Below are positions 8,320-16,802 of a stretch of DNA of 25,265 nucleotides, in pieces. The DNA comes from a virus. Lineage: Duplodnaviria > Caudoviricetes. The DNA lies in the IMG/VR virus record IMGVR_UViG_3300048886_000141, positions 1-25,265 of that record. One strand, written 5' to 3'. Under the pieces are notes generated by a model, which saw only the letters and a list, made by a program, of their open reading frames with translations, made no database searches and was not told where the DNA came from. The position numbers and the translations under genes were made by a program. The stretch's first letter is position 1, and each line of letters begins with the position of its first letter.

Positions 8320-8497
8320 ATTTAAAATTGTATCTACACCAAGGCCAGATCGTTTTGAAGAGTTTGTCAATGCCCTGCTAAACGATGGTTGGGCTATCCA
8401 GGGGAGTCCTTTTATATCCGGCGTAGGAGGGATGACTATAGCCCTAACCAGGGAAACGAAGGCAAAGACCAATGCAAAAGTCAAGAGCAAGATATAG
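8312..8497 (+). CDS. DUF1737-like small protein
   Basis: FEEFVNALLNDGWAIQGSPF pattern; GAGGAG RBS before ATG 8312. Confidence 0.6.
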   Translation: MVEFKIVSTPRPDRFEEFVNALLNDGWAIQGSPFISGVGGMTIALTRETKAKTNAKVKSKI

Positions 8498-8846
8498 AAA
8501 TAAGTTTGAGGCCGCTATTGGGGAGGTCTTAAAGGACTATTGCGACTATGAGTCACTTAAAGTTCCCTATATAATTCATAAGAACTATACACCGGACTTT
8601 GTAGGTAAAAATGTTAAGACAAAAGTTGAAGTTCTGGTGGAAGCCAAAGGATACTTCAGGGTAAACGATACTCAAAAGTACAAAGCGATAAGAGATAGTC
8701 TGCCCAAAAAACAAGTACTTGTATTTCTTCTTTACAATCCAGATAAGAAAGTCAGGAAAGGGAGTAAGATGACAATGGCGCAATGGTGTGATAAAGAGAA
8801 ATTATACTGGTATACTTTAGAGAGTATTAAAGATGCCTTTACCTAG
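8472..8846 (+). CDS. T7 endonuclease I-like Holliday junction resolvase
   Basis: YRNKFE..., YTPDF, VEAKGYF, WC.K motifs. Confidence 0.88.
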   Translation: MQKSRARYRNKFEAAIGEVLKDYCDYESLKVPYIIHKNYTPDFVGKNVKTKVEVLVEAKGYFRVNDTQKYKAIRDSLPKKQVLVFLLYNPDKKVRKGSKMTMAQWCDKEKLYWYTLESIKDAFT

Positions 8847-9039
8847 TCGCCAGTTCATAAAAAGATTAGCTATTATTGCTGACCCGTCTCTGCTATGTGA
8901 GTTACTTGATATAAGTAGTGAGAATATTATCGAGAGATTTGATGACGTTGTAGAGGAAAGGTTAGATGAACTCCGTGAAATATTTGATGTAGATGTAGAT
9001 GAGAGTTTAGAGTATGATAGTGACGAACGAGGAGAATAA
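8833..9039 (+). CDS. hypothetical acidic protein
   Basis: 68 aa; LCELLDISSENIIERF; overlapping operon arrangement. Confidence 0.7.
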   Translation: MPLPSRQFIKRLAIIADPSLLCELLDISSENIIERFDDVVEERLDELREIFDVDVDESLEYDSDERGE

Positions 9040-9043
9040 AGTC

Positions 9044-9235
9044 ATGATGATACCTGATCCACTGGTGTTTCGCATGGAACAAACTAGAAAAATGATTGAA
9101 GATTTAGAGAAGTCTAATCCAGAACAAAAAGAGTTCTTAAAGATAGGTATTAAAATTCTTTTAAATAGTTGTGACTTTACAGATGAAACTGAAGAGTTAG
9201 AAATTCCTTCTCCTCATTCAAATAAAATTAATTAG
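9044..9235 (+). CDS. hypothetical protein
   Basis: GAGGAG RBS at about 9029 favours ATG 9044; ORF track starts at 9014. Confidence 0.6.
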   Translation: MMIPDPLVFRMEQTRKMIEDLEKSNPEQKEFLKIGIKILLNSCDFTDETEELEIPSPHSNKIN

Positions 9236-9238
9236 GGG

Positions 9239-9523
9239 ATGTATCTTATGTTAAAGCCAGAGAAATCTTTAGAAACATTATTGACTATAGAAGGAGGGAC
9301 TGCCCTGGGTAATCAAATAGGTGGTTCTCACTACCGTAGTATGGCTATTCAACCCATAGAATTTATTCATAAAAATAAACTTGGTTGGTGTGAGGGGAAT
9401 ATCGTTAAGTATGCATGTAGGCATCAAAGTAAGGGAGGGATTACGGACCTCGATAAGGTAATCCATTATGCGAACCTTGCTAAAGAGTTATATTATGGAG
9501 AGGAGAGTTGTGATGATGCGTAA
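9239..9523 (+). CDS. DUF3310 / T7 gp1.7-like protein (putative nucleotide kinase)
   Basis: QIGGSHY...IQPIEFI...GNIVKYACR..KGGITDLDK. Confidence 0.85.
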   Translation: MYLMLKPEKSLETLLTIEGGTALGNQIGGSHYRSMAIQPIEFIHKNKLGWCEGNIVKYACRHQSKGGITDLDKVIHYANLAKELYYGEESCDDA

Positions 9524-9620
9524 ATATTTTTGGAGATCATGGCCTATGATTTGTTTTGCTAATTTGGTAAACAAATTCGATAGTTATCTATGGAGAAAGC
9601 AATGGAAACGTAGCATCTAG
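9513..9620 (+). CDS. 35-aa Trp/Arg-rich small protein
   Basis: MMRKYFWRSWPMICFANLVNKFDSYLWRKQWKRSI; RBS GGAGAGGAG; fills the gap before the RNR gene. Confidence 0.5.
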   Translation: MMRKYFWRSWPMICFANLVNKFDSYLWRKQWKRSI

Positions 9621-9634
9621 TAGGAGGCGACAAA

Positions 9635-11320
9635 ATGTATGGACCGACAGTGAAACCATGTTCCGATTTACATGCCATGAAATATCGTCTACCTAATGAA
9701 AGTTTTGAGGAAGCAATCGCCAGACAATCAGGAGCAATGACAGACAATGAAGAACATCGTAAGGAATATAAAGATATTGCCCTCAATATGCGGTTCCTTC
9801 CTGCAGGGCGCGTACAGGCGGCTATGGGCAGTCCCAGGAATGTCACGGCGCTTAACTGCTTTGTTTCTGGTAGGATTGAAGACTCTATGGAAAGCATCAT
9901 GCAGAGAGCCTCTGAGGCCGCTGAGACTATGCGTAGAGGAGGTGGTATCGGGTATGACTTCTCTCTTATTCGGCCTGACGGTGATCGTATCGTTAGCCTT
10001 GATAGCTCTGCCTCTGGCCCTGTATCATTCATGCATATTTTTGATGCAGTATGTCGGACGATTGTTTCGGCGGGACACAGAAGAGGAGCTATGATGGCTG
10101 TACTACGAGTGGATCATCCTGACATCGAGGAATTCATTCGGGCCAAGAAGAACGATAAGGACTTAACTAACTTCAATATTAGTGTCGGTGTTACTGATGA
10201 ATTTATGATTGCCGTAGAGAAGGGTTTAGATTTCGATTTAAAATTTAAGGGGTCAGTCTACAGAACTATAAATGCCCGTATGTTGTGGGATGAAATTATG
10301 CGTAACAATTGGGACTGGGCTGAACCCGGTGTTGTATTTATGGATAGAGTTAACGAGGATAATCCACTAAATTATATTGAGACAATTTCTGCCACTAACC
10401 CCTGTGGGGAACAACCCCTCCCTCCCTTTGGTGCCTGTCTTTTAGGTAGTTTTAATCTTGTTAAGTATGTCAATGAGAAGACTAATAAATTTGACTTTGC
10501 ACAGTTCAAAAAAGATATCCCGCATGTAGTTAGGGCAATGGATAATGTAATTGATCGTACAGGGTATCCCCTAAAGGAGCAATCCAAAGAGCATCAAAGG
10601 AAGCGTAGAATAGGTATTGGTATAACTGGATTAGCCAATACATTTACAATGATTGGCGTGTCCTATGGATCACCAGAGTCTGTGAAATTCACCAGAAAAC
10701 TAATGAAGACTTTAACCTATACCTGCTTTGAGGCGAGTTCCGACTTGGCCTTAGAAAAAGGCCCCTTCCCATTCTTTAAGGAAAAGGAATACCTTAATAG
10801 TGGGTTTGTCTCCAGACTTCCACAGGACCTAAAGGATAAGATTAAGAAGCAAGGGATTAGGAATAGTCATTTGATTTCTATTGCCCCTACAGGGACTATA
10901 TCCTTTACCGCCGATAATGTATCAAGCGGTATAGAGCCTGTATTCGCTCTACAGTACGATAGAACTGTCCAGCTACCACAAGGACCTATCATAATGCAGA
11001 TGAAGGATTATGCTTTCGATAATTTAGGTCTTGTTGGTGAGGTTGCCAATGATTTATCTGTAGATGATCATCTGAATATACAGATCGCCGTACAGCCCTA
11101 TGTGGATAGCGCCGTCTCAAAGACTATTAATGTAGGGGATGGTGTAACCTTTGATGAGTTTAAAGATGTATATATGAGGGGTTGGAAAGGTAAGCTTAAG
11201 GGAGTAACCACCTTCAGGCTGGCCGGGAAAAGATACGGTATCCTTAACACTCCTGAAGATGAACGAGAAGGGTCCGCTTGTTTCATAGACCCCGATACAG
11301 GAGGTAGGGAATGCGGGTGA
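9635..11320 (+). CDS. nrdJ: class II (adenosylcobalamin-dependent) ribonucleotide reductase
   Basis: NCFV, GGGIG, RRGA, NPCGEQ, CLLGS, APTGTIS, SSGIEP, SKTIN; KGVTTFR lacks the class I YY pair; no beta subunit nearby; C-terminal Cys pair. Confidence 0.9.
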   Translation: MYGPTVKPCSDLHAMKYRLPNESFEEAIARQSGAMTDNEEHRKEYKDIALNMRFLPAGRVQAAMGSPRNVTALNCFVSGRIEDSMESIMQRASEAAETMRRGGGIGYDFSLIRPDGDRIVSLDSSASGPVSFMHIFDAVCRTIVSAGHRRGAMMAVLRVDHPDIEEFIRAKKNDKDLTNFNISVGVTDEFMIAVEKGLDFDLKFKGSVYRTINARMLWDEIMRNNWDWAEPGVVFMDRVNEDNPLNYIETISATNPCGEQPLPPFGACLLGSFNLVKYVNEKTNKFDFAQFKKDIPHVVRAMDNVIDRTGYPLKEQSKEHQRKRRIGIGITGLANTFTMIGVSYGSPESVKFTRKLMKTLTYTCFEASSDLALEKGPFPFFKEKEYLNSGFVSRLPQDLKDKIKKQGIRNSHLISIAPTGTISFTADNVSSGIEPVFALQYDRTVQLPQGPIIMQMKDYAFDNLGLVGEVANDLSVDDHLNIQIAVQPYVDSAVSKTINVGDGVTFDEFKDVYMRGWKGKLKGVTTFRLAGKRYGILNTPEDEREGSACFIDPDTGGRECG

Positions 11321-11409
11321 TGGCGTTCTTAAGGATTATGAGAATGTGGTTTAAAAATAAGTTGGAAGGGGAACCAGTACCTAAATATTTATCGGGGAAG
11401 GGCAGATGA
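11320..11409 (+). CDS. 29-aa small protein
   Basis: MAFLRIMRMWFKNKLEGEPVPKYLSGKGR; TGATG overlap with the nrdJ stop. Confidence 0.45.
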   Translation: MAFLRIMRMWFKNKLEGEPVPKYLSGKGR

Positions 11410-11415
11410 TCACAC

Positions 11416-13287
11416 TTACCAAGGTGAGAATTCTTCTTCTTTCCTCTCTGGTTCTTTCCTCTCTGGAGTAAACAAACCTGTATCAGTCTGTAAAAGAGTA
11501 GCTGATAACTGTGCAGCGTTTGAGAGAGCCTCTCTGTAATGTTTTGCTTTCGGAGTAAATTTCTTATCTTTCATATATTGCCTGTGTTTAATCATATCTT
11601 CTTTAGCTTTTTTATTAAGTTTATCTTTCCTTGATCTCATTCGACTCTTATCAAACTTGTAGGCTTTTTTAGAGGTATGATTTATTACTTGAGTAGGGAC
11701 AGTAACTACTAATTGGACTGAATTCTTACCACCCTCCATATCAAATAAATCTGCTTTATCACTTCCGGTAATGTAGGACTTTAACTTCTTTGTGTCAGTT
11801 GTAAGGAAATAATTTACACCGCCTAGCTCTTTATTAGAAGATAGAAATGATCCAGTTGAATGTATTAAACCATCTTCAGGAATAACAATATCCCTTAGAT
11901 TACTGTTACTAATTACATTACCATTAGTGTCTTTTACTTTGGCTAATGGGTTTCCTATTGCTTCCCAAGCATTTAAATATCGTTTTTCATGACTACTTAA
12001 TTTTTCACCCCACTGTGTTTTTTTTCTTGCTTTTAAAAGATACTCAAAAGTTTTAGACCTACTTAATTTTTTTGCCCCTAAAACACTTTCTAGTTTCCCT
12101 AAGTTTTTCTTAGTTAATCCATTCATAAGTTGGGTTACTTCTATCATTCCTCTTGGATCAACTTCCTTACCGTACACCCCTTTATATGTCTTTAGTAAGG
12201 AACCATTATTAAACCCTCTTAAAATAGGGGCTGTAGTAGTCTTTGCCCCTACAAACTCCATCCCTATTCCATCCCTCTCCGGTCTTTTTATTAATATATT
12301 TGTTTTTTTATTTGGGTCTAAATTATGTACATTTCGTATATGGTGCATTGCTGCATCAGCTATGTTATCTGGCATCCCTTTAAATGCTGAATTTTTAATA
12401 TTTAGACCCTCTATATTTATATCCATAGGTCCAGTCTTATAGTAATAATCAAATATAGGAGTTCCCGGTCCCATATCTTTAGGTAGTTTACCTGTAGTAG
12501 CTATATGCATATTTAATTGCATTAATTCTGATCCAGACCTTCCCCCCATATTTACATTTAATTTTTGATCCTTTAATAATGCTTTTTCTTCAGACCGTGA
12601 TCTTTTAGAACGTGCAGTACCTGCCCTTCTAGCTAAATCCAAAGGGTTTACTGCTTCTAAAGCAGCATAAGGTATAGCTCCCAGTGCTTCTCCACCAGAT
12701 GAAAATAAACCATGAGGGTAAAAAGGTATACCAGAACCTACAAATTTATTAGTCCCGGTCAAGATTTCTTTTGGAGTTCTTTTACCAGTAACCGCATCTA
12801 CTACATCACCGACAGGACCTCCTCTTTGTAAAGTGGGCATATTCCTAGTCACATCAGATATAAATTTAGGACTGGATGCAGCTTTTTTTATCCCTTTAGA
12901 AATTACTTGTTTAACACCATTACCTTCTTTAGCAGCTTTAATCATAGCCTTTAAACCAACGGTCCCTGATTGAGTAGCTATTTTGGCTATTGGAATAACG
13001 CCTATTATGTTTGCAAGCGCACCCAAATCTTTAGCTATTTCTGGGTTTTCTTTGGCTAAATTCATTAAGTATTTTCCATAGTCTGTATCTATAGCACTAC
13101 GGGCTATAGAAGCTATTCCTTCCTCTACAAATTCAGGTGTTATAGCTTCTAAAGGGTACGCTAAAAGATCGCCTACACCTCCAGCGATTGCACCAGCACC
13201 TCTTAAGTATGCTCTGGGACTATCCCAACCTAGATTAGTAGCTTCTCTAAACTGTTTAGCTCTATTAGTAAATAATCCATCAGCCAT
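11416..13287 (-). CDS. putative internal virion (ejection) protein, Lys-rich
   Basis: 623 aa; last gene of the structural arm; Gly/Ala-rich hydrophobic N-terminal segments; call based on position and composition. Confidence 0.55.
   Translation of the reverse strand: MADGLFTNRAKQFREATNLGWDSPRAYLRGAGAIAGGVGDLLAYPLEAITPEFVEEGIASIARSAIDTDYGKYLMNLAKENPEIAKDLGALANIIGVIPIAKIATQSGTVGLKAMIKAAKEGNGVKQVISKGIKKAASSPKFISDVTRNMPTLQRGGPVGDVVDAVTGKRTPKEILTGTNKFVGSGIPFYPHGLFSSGGEALGAIPYAALEAVNPLDLARRAGTARSKRSRSEEKALLKDQKLNVNMGGRSGSELMQLNMHIATTGKLPKDMGPGTPIFDYYYKTGPMDINIEGLNIKNSAFKGMPDNIADAAMHHIRNVHNLDPNKKTNILIKRPERDGIGMEFVGAKTTTAPILRGFNNGSLLKTYKGVYGKEVDPRGMIEVTQLMNGLTKKNLGKLESVLGAKKLSRSKTFEYLLKARKKTQWGEKLSSHEKRYLNAWEAIGNPLAKVKDTNGNVISNSNLRDIVIPEDGLIHSTGSFLSSNKELGGVNYFLTTDTKKLKSYITGSDKADLFDMEGGKNSVQLVVTVPTQVINHTSKKAYKFDKSRMRSRKDKLNKKAKEDMIKHRQYMKDKKFTPKAKHYREALSNAAQLSATLLQTDTGLFTPERKEPERKEEEFSPW
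11437..11466. repeat. perfect 15-bp tandem duplication
   Basis: TTCTTTCCTCTCTGG x2, encoding PERKE-PERKE. Confidence 0.9.
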
Positions 13288-13300
13288 AGTTATTACTGCC

Positions 13301-15262
13301 CTAGTCTATATCTAGTACTTTATATTTTTTCAGTTGCTGGATAAAATTATCACTCCCCATATTTTCAGCGTATAATTCATCCAAAATATCATTAGCTACT
13401 CCACTTAATACCATTAGAGCTTTCCTTCTTGATTTTTCTCCTTGAGAGCCAAGTTGATCTGCCTTTATCATTTTATTTATATATTTCGGATTTGTAGCGG
13501 CCTTTGCCATAGCAGCGGGAAGACCAAATATTCCAATAGCGGATAATCCCGCCGTTGTCATGTCCATAACCCCTGTAAAAGGTGCGATAGCCAAACTACT
13601 GGCTGCAAAATACTCTTTACCTCGTAAGAATAATGTCGCTATACCCGTAGTGGGATTAGCAGAAGCGTGTTCCATTAAATTGACAGTCCTCCTAAACCCT
13701 TCATATTTTGGGCCTAAGATAGCCTTTATTCTTTTTGCTTCAGTTGGACTTTTTAATTGTCTGGCTATTTTTCTATATGCATCTAATGAAAAATTAGATG
13801 TTGCTAAATCAGGGAATAGTTCAGTAACATAAGATTGTCTTATTACGTCTTTAGCTTCTGAAGCATTTTTAAATGCCAAGTTTTTAAGTTGTTCCTTTGG
13901 TATTAAGCGATAAGCCTCATCGATAGAACTCATAAGTTTTTCCACTTGAGAGACTTTTCCTACTGATCCAAATGTTTTTCCTATTGTTGTAAATAGCCCT
14001 GTACCTTTAGCAGCCATTATTAAATTCTGATTTACTGTAGGCAATAATTCTCCCATATGAAAAGTGTTAAACTCTTGTAATTTTCTGTACTCTTTCCCTG
14101 CGTCTCCCCCAAATTCTTGTAACTTGTTCGTAATTGTTTTTTGTAAAGATTTTTTAAGACCAGTTAAATCCCTTACGACACTTTGTTTGGCTGGGTCCTT
14201 TAGGACTGATTTTGTGGCAAGATTAATTTGTTCATTCAACCTCTTTTCAAAATCTAAAAGATAACTTGCAGGAGCAATATTATGATCTCCCATTTTATTA
14301 AGCAAATCCTTTATAATTCCTTGGGCAGAATCATCAAGTGTAGATACTTTTAATGCATCAACATTGTCTGGATGTTTAGCATGTTTTTCAACGGCATTTC
14401 TAAGTACATTTAAATCAAACTTTTTGCCCTTTAATAGCAGTCCTATTCGGGTTAGTTCATCTCCATAGCTATCACTTAAAGCACTTCTCCCTGCATGAAT
14501 TGCATTGAAGACGCCCTCACCTATTACATCATTACTAACTCCTTGAGACCCTGCAGTAATGGTTTCTAATCTATCTTGAACAAGGTCCGTTACTTTTTTT
14601 GCTCTTGCATCAAATATATTCTTAGACAGAAGCCCAGTTCCCCCTAAGAGTTCTTTGGCAATTTCCCAAGAACTTGCGATACCTGTCTGAAAGGGAGTTA
14701 AAGTTAATCCCTCTTCCATTAAAATTTCTTGAGATTGAGCTACTTCAGGAGTCATTCTTCCTTTAGCTTCTCTAGCCCCATCTGCTAACTCTTTTACAAC
14801 TTGTTCAGGAGGAACTCCATTCGCTAAACCTCTTTTTGCAGCTTCCCATAAAGGTTTTCCTATATATTTTCCTAAACCAAATGTACCTAAATCAATTGCT
14901 AGAGATAACCCTACTTCATATAAGGCTTTAGCTTCATTAATATCTTTATCTTGCATTACATCAGATGCAACAGAACCTGCCCCTGAACCTAAAGCCCCTC
15001 CTATTACTGTACCGGCGATTATTCCGCCAGGACCAAAAGGTGATCCTGCTAACGCACCAACTAAACTACCACCGATACCTCCTGGCGTAGCGGCATTCTT
15101 TATCATCCAGTCCTTTATAGTACTTTCCTCTTCAGGCAAGCGCAAAGGATTTCCTTTTTGGTCAATTCGATCATTCATCCAAGCGGGATTACCCCCTTGT
15201 GTAGCAGGAATAGGAGCGCCCCCAACTGGAGAAATTATTATATCATTTTCCCAAGATGCCAT
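13301..15262 (-). CDS. putative internal virion (ejection) protein
   Basis: 653 aa; glycine-zipper GGIGGSLVGALAGSPFGPGGIIAG; mostly helical-looking sequence. Confidence 0.65.
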   Translation of the reverse strand: MASWENDIIISPVGGAPIPATQGGNPAWMNDRIDQKGNPLRLPEEESTIKDWMIKNAATPGGIGGSLVGALAGSPFGPGGIIAGTVIGGALGSGAGSVASDVMQDKDINEAKALYEVGLSLAIDLGTFGLGKYIGKPLWEAAKRGLANGVPPEQVVKELADGAREAKGRMTPEVAQSQEILMEEGLTLTPFQTGIASSWEIAKELLGGTGLLSKNIFDARAKKVTDLVQDRLETITAGSQGVSNDVIGEGVFNAIHAGRSALSDSYGDELTRIGLLLKGKKFDLNVLRNAVEKHAKHPDNVDALKVSTLDDSAQGIIKDLLNKMGDHNIAPASYLLDFEKRLNEQINLATKSVLKDPAKQSVVRDLTGLKKSLQKTITNKLQEFGGDAGKEYRKLQEFNTFHMGELLPTVNQNLIMAAKGTGLFTTIGKTFGSVGKVSQVEKLMSSIDEAYRLIPKEQLKNLAFKNASEAKDVIRQSYVTELFPDLATSNFSLDAYRKIARQLKSPTEAKRIKAILGPKYEGFRRTVNLMEHASANPTTGIATLFLRGKEYFAASSLAIAPFTGVMDMTTAGLSAIGIFGLPAAMAKAATNPKYINKMIKADQLGSQGEKSRRKALMVLSGVANDILDELYAENMGSDNFIQQLKKYKVLDID

Positions 15263-15272
15263 TATAGTTTCC

Positions 15273-16772
15273 TTATGGTTTGCATGAGACTGTTCGCTGA
15301 TTCGGTAAACCTTGTGTAGTTAATTCTTTGGAAGGAACTAAAGCACAAGCTCCACTAGGGAGACTATCGTACCAATCAGTAAAACTCTTCTTACTTTTTG
15401 GTAGTTTTAAAGGTTGTTTATACGATCCTAAGTTTTTATATCTTTCTCTAACTGCGTTTGCGAAGTCTTCTGGTCCGGCTTTTTTATTCTTTCTATAAAA
15501 ATCACCTGCGAACATTTCATCGTTATATCTTTGTAAGATACGTCTTAAAATAGCCCTATTACTGGATATAGTTTGACTTTCATTCGGATAAGTTTTTGCC
15601 ATTTCCTGCAAATCTATGTCAGTTGGTCTTAAACCCATTAATTCTTTTAAGTCGGCAAGTAAAATCTTTTGCGCTAGTGTTCTAAAGGTAGCGGTATCTT
15701 TTGCTTCAATACCGAAATTACGCTTCCATTTGTTTATAGTAGCTTGAATATCCCCTTGGTTTTTACCCGCTTTTTCAAGATCATCTAAATAGCCTAACAT
15801 GCTTTTTACTTTATGAATACTAGCGGCGGCTACACTCCCAGACTCAATATTTCTCTTTCTTGTAGAAAGCCCCCAATCAGCGTATTTCTTAGCGGCATCT
15901 TCGCTGATATTAAGGCCTTTTTGTATCCTCGCCGCATCTATCTTTAACTTATTTTTAAATTTTTCAGTGTTCCGTATTACTATATGTTTCGCCAGTGCAA
16001 TTGCTCCTTCTTTGTCTGCAGCACCCTCTGGACCTAATTTGGAAAGAGATGTTGGAGTCCCTTCAACTGGTAGATACCTAGTTACCCACTTCTTTAGGTT
16101 ATTATCATATTCATGTAGAGCTTGATAAGTCCCTGCTCCTTTTAATCCAAGATTTATTGCCCCTTCTTCCGACATCGTTACCGTAGTACCAGACCCGCTA
16201 ATCATAGGCTTCAATGGTCTATTTCTATAGGCTTTTCTAGCGGCAGCTTCTGCTTTCTTAACTTCTAATTCCTCCTGTTGAAACTTAGTCCCGTACTCCT
16301 TACTTGCGTCACTTCTGACTTGAGCGGCTTCAGCATGATACCCAGCGGCTTCCATATCTGCAGCAATGGCTGCGTATTCTTTTTTAGTAATTACACCATC
16401 AGCGGAAGCATCTTTATACTTCAGATTCATTGTTTCTTTGAATAATTGCTTCTTCCTAGCTAAAGCAAGTCTAGAGCCTTCATCGAATCGTTCAGTTAAC
16501 TCCTCCCCAAGCAATCCACTTCCCTTGATTGCCCCTGTAAGACCTTCCCCGATTGTACCTAGTGCATCTATTCCCATTTGGTTATATTTAGCCGCCTGTT
16601 GAGCCTGGAAGCCCCCTGGTTTGGCACTCTCCATTGCTTCCTTTGCCCTTTGCGCGGCCTCTAATTCTTTAATGCGCCTTAATTCATCTACTGCATTAAC
16701 AGGAGAAAACAATCCTCCTGATCGACCAGATGATCGTTTTCTAGGGTTTACAGTAAAGGGATTTATAGCCAT
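15273..16772 (-). CDS. putative internal virion (ejection) protein
   Basis: 499 aa; Ala/Lys/Glu coiled-coil-like; C-terminal YDSLPSG motif; GAGG RBS. Confidence 0.6.
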   Translation of the reverse strand: MAINPFTVNPRKRSSGRSGGLFSPVNAVDELRRIKELEAAQRAKEAMESAKPGGFQAQQAAKYNQMGIDALGTIGEGLTGAIKGSGLLGEELTERFDEGSRLALARKKQLFKETMNLKYKDASADGVITKKEYAAIAADMEAAGYHAEAAQVRSDASKEYGTKFQQEELEVKKAEAAARKAYRNRPLKPMISGSGTTVTMSEEGAINLGLKGAGTYQALHEYDNNLKKWVTRYLPVEGTPTSLSKLGPEGAADKEGAIALAKHIVIRNTEKFKNKLKIDAARIQKGLNISEDAAKKYADWGLSTRKRNIESGSVAAASIHKVKSMLGYLDDLEKAGKNQGDIQATINKWKRNFGIEAKDTATFRTLAQKILLADLKELMGLRPTDIDLQEMAKTYPNESQTISSNRAILRRILQRYNDEMFAGDFYRKNKKAGPEDFANAVRERYKNLGSYKQPLKLPKSKKSFTDWYDSLPSGACALVPSKELTTQGLPNQRTVSCKP

Positions 16773-16802
16773 TTTAATTTCCTCATTTCATAGTTATCAT
16801 TT

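Noticed and set aside
9520-9634. Cobalamin riboswitch upstream of nrdJ
   Set aside because: Region is short, occupied by a small ORF, and shows no recognisable B12-box
3650-11286. Minus-strand and alternate-frame ORFs inside replication genes (e.g. 3650-3988, 4105-4416, 6794-7063, 9559-10032, 9747-10094)
   Set aside because: They overlap well-supported conserved genes and carry no motifs
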